Shown here in pieces: positions 40,098-49,328 of a stretch of 64,000 bases of DNA. The DNA lies in the IMG/VR virus record IMGVR_UViG_3300036944_001289, positions 145,283-209,282 of that record. One strand, written 5' to 3'. The position numbers and the translations under genes were made by a program. A model generated the notes under the pieces. The model searched no databases. It had not been told where the DNA came from and saw only the letters and a program-made list of their open reading frames with translations. Positions within the stretch are counted from its first letter, which is position 1. Every line of letters starts with the position of its first letter.

Positions 40098-40228
40098 ATA
40101 GTATGATCTAATATGTATATGAGGTTCTTATATCCAAGAATAACAATGTGTTTCGGGGCTCTCAGAGCGCTGTTTGTCTCTGAGAGCTGGGCGGGGCTAT
40201 GATATCAGTGAGTGGGTTCTGTGAATGG

Positions 40229-40765
40229 TTAACTCATCTCGTCTAACCAGTTTTTGTAATAGGCTCTACCAGCTTTTGCTGCATTTGGACCACCTATAAA
40301 TAGTGTTAACCCACCTGAACCTACTACGAAACGTGGACCTCCACTTTGTTTATACAAAATCTCAGTGCAAGCCAAAATTGTAAGCTTACCACTAGCAATT
40401 GAATTAAAGAATGATAATGGATCATCCACGAGTGTGATGTCTTTTGTTTTGAATACTCCTTTAGCAATAGCATCTTCGATAGTTAATTTAGCCTCGTCTG
40501 CATCTGGACCTGGTTTACCAGTGTCGACGAATTCATAAGGCATATGTAGCATAAGGTCTTCAAACCCATAATTAGTGTAGATGTCTGAATTATTATCTTC
40601 TGGTAAAATTATAAAACAGGTTGGATCATCACCAAGACTATCATAGTTATCTTCGCACCTTACTACCGCGTTAGCTACTTTTGTTCCGTAGTCCTCGTCG
40701 GTGTTCTCTTTATAGATAGAAGCATAAGCTTCTGAAATTAACTTATAATCATGTTTGTCTTTCAT
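40229..40765 (-). CDS. Hypothetical late protein with ISE|A leader
   Basis: TAAATA promoter; LF..GP..AK shared with 41193. Confidence 0.6.
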   Translation of the reverse strand: MKDKHDYKLISEAYASIYKENTDEDYGTKVANAVVRCEDNYDSLGDDPTCFIILPEDNNSDIYTNYGFEDLMLHMPYEFVDTGKPGPDADEAKLTIEDAIAKGVFKTKDITLVDDPLSFFNSIASGKLTILACTEILYKQSGGPRFVVGSGGLTLFIGGPNAAKAGRAYYKNWLDEMS

Positions 40766-40962
40766 AGGTATATTTATTTATTCAGCGCTGCTCATAGATT
40801 TGAGAATCTTAGCTTGGGCTTCGAATTCTCTCTTGAAGCAGCATTATTTTTGTTTATATTTTGTTAGCATTCTGACATTTCTATGATCTCCCATACCTCT
40901 CTTGTAAATCCCTCTCCCATCCTCCTATAACCTTCCGGTGCCGCATTAGGTTTTTCGTTAAT

Positions 40963-41181
40963 TTAACTATGATTTTTAACTATTTTATTAACGTATTCCT
41001 TAGCTTCCTTATTACTTACCCCTACTAATACAGGTGTTTGATATAGAGGCTCTCCTACATATTCATATACTGTATATGTATTAAGAGCTACTTGCTTATT
41101 CTTCATCCATTGCTTTGTTACCGGGTTTTGTTCACTCACCCATTTATAGTCTTGTTCGATATGGAAGCTTTGATCGTTCAT
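40963..41181 (-). CDS. Hypothetical protein
   Basis: ORF in minus-strand array. Confidence 0.5.
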   Translation of the reverse strand: MNDQSFHIEQDYKWVSEQNPVTKQWMKNKQVALNTYTVYEYVGEPLYQTPVLVGVSNKEAKEYVNKIVKNHS

Positions 41182-41192
41182 ATGAGTAATAA

Positions 41193-41585
41193 TTAAAATA
41201 TACCATCACAGAAGCCTTGCTCAATACCATTAACAATTTCCAATACCTTAGCCTTATCTGGACCTGCTACAAACAATGCACCATCTACGCAAGTTGCATC
41301 TATATACTCTCCTTCTTCATCTACCTCATTTGGCGCCGTATAAAGTGCTACATAACCTGTCTTTGCTAACTTCTGGAAGTTAAGCATATTTGCTACTACA
41401 GTAACATTCTTAAGTTCTTTTACCCGTCCCTTAATATAATCCATATGATCTTTATACATATCCATCTCATCTGGATTACTTGTGCGTAAAGCATCCGAAA
41501 CCTCTTTAATGTTGCTAATAAAAGGACCAGGATCAGAGACTTCATGACCTTCATCACCGCCTAGGACTACTTTATAGATATTCAT
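41193..41585 (-). CDS. Hypothetical protein
   Basis: Downstream of GGAAC promoter. Confidence 0.6.
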   Translation of the reverse strand: MNIYKVVLGGDEGHEVSDPGPFISNIKEVSDALRTSNPDEMDMYKDHMDYIKGRVKELKNVTVVANMLNFQKLAKTGYVALYTAPNEVDEEGEYIDATCVDGALFVAGPDKAKVLEIVNGIEQGFCDGIF

Positions 41586-41622
41586 AATGTTTTAGATGTT
41601 ATTTGTTTTACTGTGCACTATA

Positions 41623-41638
41623 ATTATATGTTTGTTCC
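41623..41638 (-). promoter_or_regulatory. GGAAC-N5-TATAAT phage promoter
   Basis: GGAAC AAACA TATAAT. Confidence 0.7.
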
Positions 41639-41658
41639 GAGGGCTAACTAATTACTAA

Positions 41659-41907
41659 TTAAGCTTCCAAGTCAATATAAATCTCATCACCATTCTCATC
41701 CATAATAAGCTTACTAAGCTTATGATCTTTACCCACACCCCAATCACTCAGCTCATCAATAATACGCTGCACAGTGATAAGAGTCTTATCATTGTCGCCG
41801 AAACTAAAACTGTTACTTTCGCAGATGAAGTCGTATTGCTCATCACTGATATACTTTTCATCATACAAGGCACTTAGCTCTAAGATAGGTGTATATGTTG
41901 GTTTCAC
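41659..41907 (-). CDS. Hypothetical protein (GTG start)
   Basis: GTG 6 nt below GGAAC-N5-TATTAT at 41914-41929. Confidence 0.5.
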   Translation of the reverse strand: MKPTYTPILELSALYDEKYISDEQYDFICESNSFSFGDNDKTLITVQRIIDELSDWGVGKDHKLSKLIMDENGDEIYIDLEA

Positions 41908-41935
41908 GTTATTATAATATATTTGTTCCCTTTGC

Positions 41936-42118
41936 TTACTCTTCTTCGTCTTTGAAAAGTGCTTCAAGATACTCTCGATCCTGAGCTTTATCAAAAGCTT
42001 CATTGACAGATTTTACAAACTCTTTAAGCTGTTCAATAGTGTCTACATTATGTAGCGCTTCGCTTAAGTTATCCTTTGCGCACTCAATATAGGTTTCTTG
42101 TTTTTCTTTTTGAGTCAT
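41936..42118 (-). CDS. Hypothetical protein
   Basis: ATG 6 nt below promoter 42125-42140. Confidence 0.55.
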   Translation of the reverse strand: MTQKEKQETYIECAKDNLSEALHNVDTIEQLKEFVKSVNEAFDKAQDREYLEALFKDEEE

Positions 42119-42149
42119 ACCAATATATTATATTGGTTCCCGGGGCTTA

Positions 42150-42560
42150 CTATTGGCGTATCCCGTTTTTATATACAATTAGTTTTTTATTTGGATTATC
42201 TAATATAATATCCATTACATGATTAGTAATTACTTGTTCTGTATATGTAATTATTACACCGTTACTAAACATATTATTAAACCATTTATAGTACTTTGAA
42301 CTTTCGAGTATAACAACATAGTCTACAATATCAAAGGTAAGTATAAATACATTGTTATCTATACTCTTAAAAGCCAACCAATCTACTTCATCTGGGTCGA
42401 ACTGTCCTTTACTTTGTAGATTGTCTATATAGTATTGAAAGATACCATCTGATATCTCTTCTGGTGTATGTCTATTTTCTAGCTGATCTAGACGTGTATT
42501 AAAAAAGTGCTCAAGACTTGTAGTTGTTCTTATAACACATATTATAGCCTTGTTATTCAT
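42150..42560 (-). CDS. Hypothetical, local paralogue family
   Basis: SKYYK...LIVY.dG.R shared with 42557. Confidence 0.6.
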   Translation of the reverse strand: MNNKAIICVIRTTTSLEHFFNTRLDQLENRHTPEEISDGIFQYYIDNLQSKGQFDPDEVDWLAFKSIDNNVFILTFDIVDYVVILESSKYYKWFNNMFSNGVIITYTEQVITNHVMDIILDNPNKKLIVYKNGIRQ

Positions 42561-42955
42561 TTTATACGTTCTCCATCTCTATATACAATAAGCTCAGTAT
42601 TATTACTATCATGTATAAGCTTTAATATGTGTTCGTATATATCAATCCAATCGGTATTACTACTCACCATTTTCATGATTTTATAGTACTTAGATGTATC
42701 AGGAATAATATATACATCATTATATATTTCTCTTGTAATTTCAATAACACCATCATCAACCACCAAAAATGATACATTTTTAGGTATATATCCTTCTTTT
42801 TTAAGAATGCTATTAGCTACATAGTTATATACACCATCTAAGCCTGGGCGGCTGTTTAGTAGTCTTAAATCATTGCGATTTTCACTGTGCATATCCTCGA
42901 GTTCACGGTCAAACTCTCCAATACGCACTCTGCAATATATAGCGTCTTTAATCAT
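42557..42955 (-). CDS. Hypothetical, local paralogue family
   Basis: Same motif; ATGA coupling. Confidence 0.6.
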   Translation of the reverse strand: MIKDAIYCRVRIGEFDRELEDMHSENRNDLRLLNSRPGLDGVYNYVANSILKKEGYIPKNVSFLVVDDGVIEITREIYNDVYIIPDTSKYYKIMKMVSSNTDWIDIYEHILKLIHDSNNTELIVYRDGERIK

Positions 42956-43407
42956 ATACTTTTTACTATTAAACCTCCTGTTTTTTGTTCGTAATAATCT
43001 ACTATAACGTCAGTGGCATGTTCAATTATCTTAGATTGGCGATTAATTATACGTACAAAGGGTAATTCTTTAAAGGTTTCTAATACTGGGTCCATTATAC
43101 TATTTCTCCACATTAAGAATAACTGAATGGTTTGCTGATCCATAAGTTTTAAAGCTAAAGCCTTTTCATATGCTTCTTTAGGTGTACAGTTTAGCCAGAT
43201 TAGCGTATAAAAATTACTATATCTACCATATATCAAAGCAGGTAAACCTTTAAAGTAACCTAAAGCTGCATACTTAAGTTCTACAGAGAACATCTGATTC
43301 ATATCAAAGTCATACTCCAACGTAAACCCAGAATTTTCTAATGAATTACCTTTTACATATCTTGATTGTAAAAAGAAACCATTATTATTACAGCATAACA
43401 AATACAT
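42952..43407 (-). CDS. Hypothetical late protein
   Basis: TATAAATA upstream. Confidence 0.55.
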   Translation of the reverse strand: MYLLCCNNNGFFLQSRYVKGNSLENSGFTLEYDFDMNQMFSVELKYAALGYFKGLPALIYGRYSNFYTLIWLNCTPKEAYEKALALKLMDQQTIQLFLMWRNSIMDPVLETFKELPFVRIINRQSKIIEHATDVIVDYYEQKTGGLIVKSI

Positions 43408-43423
43408 ATATTTATTTATACAT

Positions 43424-43459
43424 AAAAAAAGGCTTTATATACTTATAAAGCCTTTTTTT
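43424..43459. terminator. Intrinsic terminator
   Basis: AGGCTTTATA/TATAAAGCCT hairpin with tracts. Confidence 0.7.
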
Positions 43460-43463
43460 AATT

Positions 43464-43652
43464 TTAATGTACGTCGTCGTACGGTATATAATTCTTGACC
43501 TTTTCTAGTGCTTCTACTATGCTATCATCTTTAGTAAACCCAGCCTTAAAGAGTTTATTTAAGGCTGTATCGATGTGCTTAGAAGTACTTTTATATGCCT
43601 TATATTCTTTAGCGTGTTGTTTAACACGCTTCATAAGATCATCTGTAGTCAT
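43464..43652 (-). CDS. Hypothetical protein
   Basis: ORF before terminator. Confidence 0.5.
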   Translation of the reverse strand: MTTDDLMKRVKQHAKEYKAYKSTSKHIDTALNKLFKAGFTKDDSIVEALEKVKNYIPYDDVH

Positions 43653-43859
43653 ATTAAAGGTCTTCAGTTACAACATCAGGATAACTAATGGCTACTGCCA
43701 GTGCAAACATCCCTTCTAGGACTGAGGCAGTCTCGCGAGTGCCTACAAATCCTTCACCTTGGACGTAGTATTTGTTAGTTTTGGTATTTTTAATAAGCAT
43801 ATTGTGTTTGGGTTAGCACAAAAATAATATCTTAGTTCCTAAGGATGTATTTTTCATTC

Positions 43860-44285
43860 CTAAACAGGTTGGTAAACTCTAGTACCATTACTGTTAGCCA
43901 ATACGTGTTCAGCAACAATAGCCATTATATTGCGTATTAACCTGTAGTCACCTATTTTTTCTAAACTAATTAATACTTGATATAATGGATTAACTTCTAG
44001 TATACCAAAAATTAATATGCCTTCAAAATCAACTGGATGTAAATAGTTTACCTGCCTTACAGTATACAGATGTATATTATCGTACTCATATTTCATCCAA
44101 TGCTTATTATTATCTTCTTCATGTGGATTAATAGGTTTATAATGGTACGGTAACTCTGCAACTATATAATCATGCCATTCTTGCACACTCATACCTGCAA
44201 CACCTAAACTTGGATGTAGAGTTATGATATTAAACTCATTATAATTTTCTGCATCAAACTGGCATACAATTTCAAATATTTTCAT
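43860..44285 (-). CDS. Hypothetical protein
   Basis: ORF; weak similarity to 42150 family. Confidence 0.55.
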   Translation of the reverse strand: MKIFEIVCQFDAENYNEFNIITLHPSLGVAGMSVQEWHDYIVAELPYHYKPINPHEEDNNKHWMKYEYDNIHLYTVRQVNYLHPVDFEGILIFGILEVNPLYQVLISLEKIGDYRLIRNIMAIVAEHVLANSNGTRVYQPV

Positions 44286-44408
44286 CTTTAGTAGTTATTA
44301 AAGAGTCTGCGATACATTTTAGTATCTGCTCATCAGACACACCTTTTACATCATCATTAAAGATATGCATCTTATCGTACCCACTATTGGCATATATTGC
44401 TAACATTA

Positions 44409-44840
44409 TCATACGTCGTGATACTTTCTTATGTTATCTAAGACTATATCCACAGTATGATTGCTAATTTTGTAATCAAGATCATTTAGTAACTCTACTC
44501 TCTGTAATTGATTCCAGAGTTCGTTTTTATTATTTAATATTAATAACCCATAATCTTTATATTTGTCGATACAAACAACATAGTCTCCTTTCACACCAAC
44601 CATTGATGGGTCTGCCCATTGATTTTTAATCATATCGTAAGCTACATCTGTAGCAGTATCCATATCTTCAAAATCGTTTGGTTGTTCGTCATATAATGCA
44701 TCAGCAAGGTGTTCTGCTGAATTATTCAAAGTATTATTATATACTACGTTGTAAGCTTCTTCTATATCATTAGTGTGTATATCACTAAAATAGAAGAAGT
44801 AATCACCACCATTTTTGTTTATTACAAGATATTTAGCCAT
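44409..44840 (-). CDS. Hypothetical late protein
   Basis: TATAAATA in upstream palindrome. Confidence 0.55.
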   Translation of the reverse strand: MAKYLVINKNGGDYFFYFSDIHTNDIEEAYNVVYNNTLNNSAEHLADALYDEQPNDFEDMDTATDVAYDMIKNQWADPSMVGVKGDYVVCIDKYKDYGLLILNNKNELWNQLQRVELLNDLDYKISNHTVDIVLDNIRKYHDV

Positions 44841-44910
44841 ATATAGACAATAAGAAACCTTATTGGTTTATATTATTTATAAACCAATAAGGTTTAATCT
44901 GTTTTATTTG

Positions 44911-45102
44911 CTAGTTATAGTTGGCTTTAATTGCTCTCCATACAGCACGAGCAGCAGTACGCTCATCAGGATCATTACTCATTAGTGCAGCTTTAATAGC
45001 AGCTACGCCTTGAGACGAAAGCGGCTTACTAGTTATAGCTTTCGCACGCTTATCAAGATTAACAGCTTTACAAGCCGCGATAAGATCTACATCAGTGCTC
45101 AT
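44911..45102 (-). CDS. Hypothetical protein
   Basis: Start moved to MSTDV. Confidence 0.5.
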   Translation of the reverse strand: MSTDVDLIAACKAVNLDKRAKAITSKPLSSQGVAAIKAALMSNDPDERTAARAVWRAIKANYN

Positions 45103-45103
45103 A

Positions 45104-45337
45104 TTACTTAGTATTGGTATTAACACCGACAAACTCTTGAATCTCTTCAAGGAGTGCAACAGGGTTAGCAATTGGAGATTCTGATGTAATCTCGTCTCCG
45201 TGCTGAGTATAGAGCCGGCTATCAACTATCTTATCCTTATCAGCCGCGTAGAAGTCCTTAAGAATGAGCTCACCATACTCAGGATGCTCAACAACGTATT
45301 CGATTACTTTTAGGGTTTGGATAGATACAAGTTTCAT
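45104..45337 (-). CDS. Hypothetical protein
   Basis: Below promoter 45358-45373. Confidence 0.55.
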   Translation of the reverse strand: MKLVSIQTLKVIEYVVEHPEYGELILKDFYAADKDKIVDSRLYTQHGDEITSESPIANPVALLEEIQEFVGVNTNTK

Positions 45338-45384
45338 ATGTTTGTTGCTTCCCCTAAATTATGTGTTAGTTCCTAAGGCTGCAT

Positions 45385-45798
45385 TTATAGCTTTACACCA
45401 CATTTAGTACCATTAGAAAATGTATAGTCTTCGAGTAGAGTTTCTCTTGTTACATGATATTTAACAATATCACCTGTTAGTCGTAGTGTTATCCAATTTT
45501 TACTAATCGAAAATACAACAAACTTGCTGCTCTTATTTTTACCGTCAAAAATATAGCAATCGAGATACTTGCATAGCTCAGTATTCGTAAACGGACGATA
45601 TAAAGGTTCAGGCTTTACTCGATACTCATCAGTATCCCAAGCCCAGATAGGTTCATCAGTATCATGCCACTTATCCTCGGTAATAGTACTATATTGAATA
45701 GCCTTACCTTCAAGAGCAGCCTTGATAATTTTAACCCTCTTAGGAATCTCTTCAAGCTCTTTCTTAGCAAGTTCTGGATTATTGATTTTCAGATGCAT
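45385..45798 (-). CDS. Hypothetical phage protein
   Basis: GK.IQ..W.D..P.W....YRVKP..RPF motif common in phages. Confidence 0.6.
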   Translation of the reverse strand: MHLKINNPELAKKELEEIPKRVKIIKAALEGKAIQYSTITEDKWHDTDEPIWAWDTDEYRVKPEPLYRPFTNTELCKYLDCYIFDGKNKSSKFVVFSISKNWITLRLTGDIVKYHVTRETLLEDYTFSNGTKCGVKL

Positions 45799-45803
45799 AT
45801 TTG

Positions 45804-46187
45804 TTAAAAAGTAAAGTCGTAGAACTCATCGCGTTCACCGATAATGATACCATTTGAGGATCGCATCTGTTTCCAGCGACCTTTATCACTCTTCATCACT
45901 TCAATCCACTTACCATTTTTAAACTTGAAATGATAGAGGTTACCATTCTCATTAGTCTCATACTTGTAATCTTGACTATCACTCATACCGTTATTATCGA
46001 TACGAGTAGCTTTATCTTGCTGAACTGTTACGATCTTGCGAATGTGATCGTAAGCAACTACAGTACCAGCATGGCGATCTTTTGCATAACAAATAGTTGC
46101 TCCTTCATTGATTGAAGGCTTGCGATGAGCAGTAACCTGAATACCAAGGTTACTGTGAAGATTGTAAGTAGGCTTAAGTAGTGACAT
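45804..46187 (-). CDS. Hypothetical phage protein
   Basis: GAT....DRHA.TV; G.R.E.YD.F. Confidence 0.6.
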   Translation of the reverse strand: MSLLKPTYNLHSNLGIQVTAHRKPSINEGATICYAKDRHAGTVVAYDHIRKIVTVQQDKATRIDNNGMSDSQDYKYETNENGNLYHFKFKNGKWIEVMKSDKGRWKQMRSSNGIIIGERDEFYDFTF

Positions 46188-46188
46188 A

Positions 46189-46563
46189 TTAGATGCTATT
46201 TAGTATGCGGTTTTGATCGAGAAACGTATCATCAACTTTTACAAGAAAAGGTTCATCACTATCTAGAATAGAAGGATCGATGAACAACGAAGGATTGTAA
46301 TAAAGTTCCTCGATTAGTTCATCGCGAGTGTTAGCAATAACAAACGGTACAGGATACTCATCCAAGAGATCTTGAAAACCAGTTGAGCTAAACCCATTAC
46401 TAACAGCCATCATAAGTTTTGCAACACATGCTGGTGTAAGCTTTTTATTGTTCTCCTTATAACAGATCACAATGTCAGTAATCAAATCCATTTGATATGA
46501 TCGAAGCGACTTAAACAGATCGTCTGTTGTGAGCTCAATGAGCTTTACGTTTGTTTGTTTCAT
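46189..46563 (-). CDS. Hypothetical protein
   Basis: Start moved to MKQTN below promoter 46576-46591. Confidence 0.5.
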   Translation of the reverse strand: MKQTNVKLIELTTDDLFKSLRSYQMDLITDIVICYKENNKKLTPACVAKLMMAVSNGFSSTGFQDLLDEYPVPFVIANTRDELIEELYYNPSLFIDPSILDSDEPFLVKVDDTFLDQNRILNSI

Positions 46564-46576
46564 GTTTACCTTAACA

Positions 46577-46795
46577 TTATTTGTTTGTTCCCTGATCGTC
46601 AGTTTCATCGTCTTCTTTATATGTATTATTATTCAATCTTCGGATAACTACTCTTAGCAAAAACGTATATATCCACGCATTTGCACTCCAAGTAGCGGTT
46701 GACCAATCTTTAGCACTAATAGATAGTACTAAGGCTAGCGATGAACCCATTAGATTAATTGCTGTTGCTATGTAAACCCACTTATAATACCTCAT
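46577..46795 (-). CDS. Small membrane protein
   Basis: Two hydrophobic segments. Confidence 0.45.
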   Translation of the reverse strand: MRYYKWVYIATAINLMGSSLALVLSISAKDWSTATWSANAWIYTFLLRVVIRRLNNNTYKEDDETDDQGTNK

Positions 46796-46941
46796 ATGTT
46801 TTTAGCATCTCCTCTAAATCTTTTACTATACCCTCTTTGCTTTTACAATTCTCTTCACCTTCCACATGTGGAATAAATACCTCTTCATTCCACTCTTCAA
46901 ATGCTGCACTTAACAGAACGTTATATATAGCTTCGGTAGTA

Positions 46942-47286
46942 TTATTCTTCATCTTCGTAATCGGATTCTTCAAAACTGTCTTCAGCCTCCTTAAAGGCAT
47001 GATCTTGGAGTTTATCCAGTTGGTCAGGTGTGAGATCAAAGAGGTCGTCGATATGTACCTTTTCTTCATCTATAACTGCATAGACGTTTCCGATCTCTAC
47101 ACTATACGACTCTTCATTACCGAACTCATGACCAAAAGAAGTATCTTCGATACTGTATTCGTAATCTAGTAAAAGCTCACAACCGTCATAAAAGGCATTA
47201 TCATCATCACTAGAAAGCATAAAGTACTCATTCAATACTTCTGCCTGCTTATCATTAACCCAGACATATTTATATGTAGAATTCAT
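46942..47286 (-). CDS. Highly acidic small protein (possible DNA mimic)
   Basis: Very D/E-rich; below promoter 47315-47330. Confidence 0.55.
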   Translation of the reverse strand: MNSTYKYVWVNDKQAEVLNEYFMLSSDDDNAFYDGCELLLDYEYSIEDTSFGHEFGNEESYSVEIGNVYAVIDEEKVHIDDLFDLTPDQLDKLQDHAFKEAEDSFEESDYEDEE

Positions 47287-47330
47287 AAAGATGTTTAATG
47301 TTAGTACAAACGATATTATCTATTTGTTCC

Positions 47331-47552
47331 TTAGCGATTGTTAATCTTCTTAACCGCTTCTTCTGCACAAGCAATCCAACAATTACCGTCGATTAGTCCA
47401 TTATTGAATACCTCAGGGCCGGCCTTGACTACTTGTGAGGAATAGTTGTAAATGGCTTCAATAATGAATGCTTGCATAAGCGGACCATTGTTGGAGAACT
47501 CCATCATATCAGTAATCATCTCTACATTAGTCTTGCGATTTTCGGTATTCAT
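47331..47552 (-). CDS. Hypothetical phage protein
   Basis: TNVE....M.FS..GPL.QAFIIEA. Confidence 0.6.
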   Translation of the reverse strand: MNTENRKTNVEMITDMMEFSNNGPLMQAFIIEAIYNYSSQVVKAGPEVFNNGLIDGNCWIACAEEAVKKINNR

Positions 47553-47557
47553 TTGCT

Positions 47558-47809
47558 TTAGTTGTTGTTGTTTATAGGAAGCATTGAAGGGTATGCTTCT
47601 TCTTTGCAGATATCATTGTGCCACTCTACCATATTATCAATCTCTGCTTGAGGAATACTTTCTTTAGCACGAGCTCGTTTGACGAGATCTTTTACCTCAT
47701 CAATCCATTCCTCACACAGATCGTTCATCATGTCTGTGAGATCTGACCGCAAAAATCGTAAAGTGGCTGCTGTTTCAATAAGATCTTGGATTGTATATTT
47801 CGTATCCAT
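47558..47809 (-). CDS. Hypothetical protein
   Basis: ORF in array. Confidence 0.5.
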   Translation of the reverse strand: MDTKYTIQDLIETAATLRFLRSDLTDMMNDLCEEWIDEVKDLVKRARAKESIPQAEIDNMVEWHNDICKEEAYPSMLPINNNN

Positions 47810-47822
47810 ATATTATATTATT

Positions 47823-48161
47823 TTAGTTCTGAGTAGGGTCAGTATATAGAGAACCAGTATCAATAATAAATCTAGCTGCTAAATCTTTACCATGCTCAGT
47901 TAGCTTATACTTACCATTATTTGTAGTAGTAAAAACATTATGAGTAATACCCACATCTATTAACATTTGATGATTTTTCGTAACTATTTCGCGAGGGATG
48001 ACGTCTTTATGTGAATCAGGTAGTTTATTAAAGATATAGTCTTCTATTTCTTGTAAACTAAATTCATCAAGCTTCCCTAGCAATGCATGCATTGCTAGGG
48101 AAGCCATCAATGAATGTTCTAGCGCATTACTATACATATTAACCGCTAACTCGAACTTCAA
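47823..48161 (-). CDS. Hypothetical protein (wHTH-like YKLTEHG end)
   Basis: ORF; true start probably MYSN. Confidence 0.45.
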   Translation of the reverse strand: MKFELAVNMYSNALEHSLMASLAMHALLGKLDEFSLQEIEDYIFNKLPDSHKDVIPREIVTKNHQMLIDVGITHNVFTTTNNGKYKLTEHGKDLAARFIIDTGSLYTDPTQN

Positions 48162-48468
48162 AGCTCATGTTCTCGACGTAATCACAAATTCGATTATCAA
48201 GATCAGACTCACAAACAAACTCATCACTATCCGATACTGCTTCTACAATAGCATCAGAGATATCTCTATCTTCTTTGATGAGCTTTAAAACCTCATCCTT
48301 AACAGCTGCACTGTTATTTGTGCCGTTATTCTGCAAATGAAGCTTAACTGCCTCATGAATCTTATCCTCTAGCGTAGTATTGATCTTAGCAACTACACGA
48401 TCTACAATCTCGTTAGTAACGTTTTCGATGAATGAGTTAATAATAGTATTCATAATGTTTGGGTGCAA
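48139..48468 (-). CDS. Hypothetical protein
   Basis: Below promoter 48473-48488; true start probably MNTII. Confidence 0.5.
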   Translation of the reverse strand: MHPNIMNTIINSFIENVTNEIVDRVVAKINTTLEDKIHEAVKLHLQNNGTNNSAAVKDEVLKLIKEDRDISDAIVEAVSDSDEFVCESDLDNRICDYVENMSFEVRVSG

Positions 48469-48717
48469 TTATATTTTAAGTTTGTTCCCTTTGCTTACGT
48501 TTATATAACTTTTTAGATATAAACTTAAATGTAGGCTTGGGCATAGGTTTGCGAATTGATTTGATCAACTCTACGATTTTAAGTTTACTATTCATAAAAT
48601 TAACATAGTGTCTAAAGAAACCTCTTTAGACACTATGTATGGGTATTCTGATGAATACCTCCACCACGTTACCTAAGCAACGAAAATAAAAAAAGGAGTT
48701 AATAACTCCTTTGTAGG

Positions 48718-49032
48718 TTAGCCTTCAATAGGCTGAGCAGCTACCTGCTTATCCTTGACGGCAATCCGAGCAGCAGCCCGAACCTCTTTCTGGGCCTGCT
48801 TAAGAGCCTCGTAACGCTCCTTCTTCTTAGCAGCCTTCTCAGCTTCATACTGCTCATTAATCGCAGCAGCTTCAGCAAGGATTTCATCCTTAGCAAGCAA
48901 CGCCTTATCGAGAATAATCTCCATAAGTTCCTTCTCAGAGAGCTTAGTCTCATCACGAAGGACCTTAAGAGCGTCCTTAGTCTTTTCATTTACCATGACG
49001 GCCGTAAACTTGGCCTTAGTTTCAGTACTCAT
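48718..49032 (-). CDS. Putative RHH-like DNA-binding protein (paralogue of 39037)
   Basis: AKFTA motif; own promoter 49073-49088 and terminator. Confidence 0.55.
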   Translation of the reverse strand: MSTETKAKFTAVMVNEKTKDALKVLRDETKLSEKELMEIILDKALLAKDEILAEAAAINEQYEAEKAAKKKERYEALKQAQKEVRAAARIAVKDKQVAAQPIEG

Positions 49033-49072
49033 ATGTTTTGGTTTGTTGTTTAGTGCCGTTATTGGCGACAAA

Positions 49073-49088
49073 ATTATATTTTAGTTCC
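49073..49088 (-). promoter_or_regulatory. GGAAC-N5-TATAAT phage promoter
   Basis: GGAAC TAAAA TATAAT. Confidence 0.7.
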
Positions 49089-49129
49089 TGATACTTATGT
49101 TGTTAGCGTATCTTAAGCAAACTTGATAT

Positions 49130-49327
49130 TTACTTCGTAAGTACGTCCATCATTACATTACGATACGTAATTGCATTTTGCAAAGCAAATGCTGTACCAC
49201 CATGTTGATTGTCACCGAACCACTTTGAGCGGTCCTGTCCTCCAATATGTGAGCGAACCTGCCAGCCATGCTGGTTGGTTAGTGAGATGTCGATACGATT
49301 GATGTTTTTTAGTGGCTTATTGTTCAT
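49130..49327 (-). CDS. AP2-like DNA-binding domain protein
   Basis: I.RID...HGWQVR...SKWF.D...G...AL..A..YR. Confidence 0.6.
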   Translation of the reverse strand: MNNKPLKNINRIDISLTNQHGWQVRSHIGGQDRSKWFGDNQHGGTAFALQNAITYRNVMMDVLTK

Positions 49328-49328
49328 A

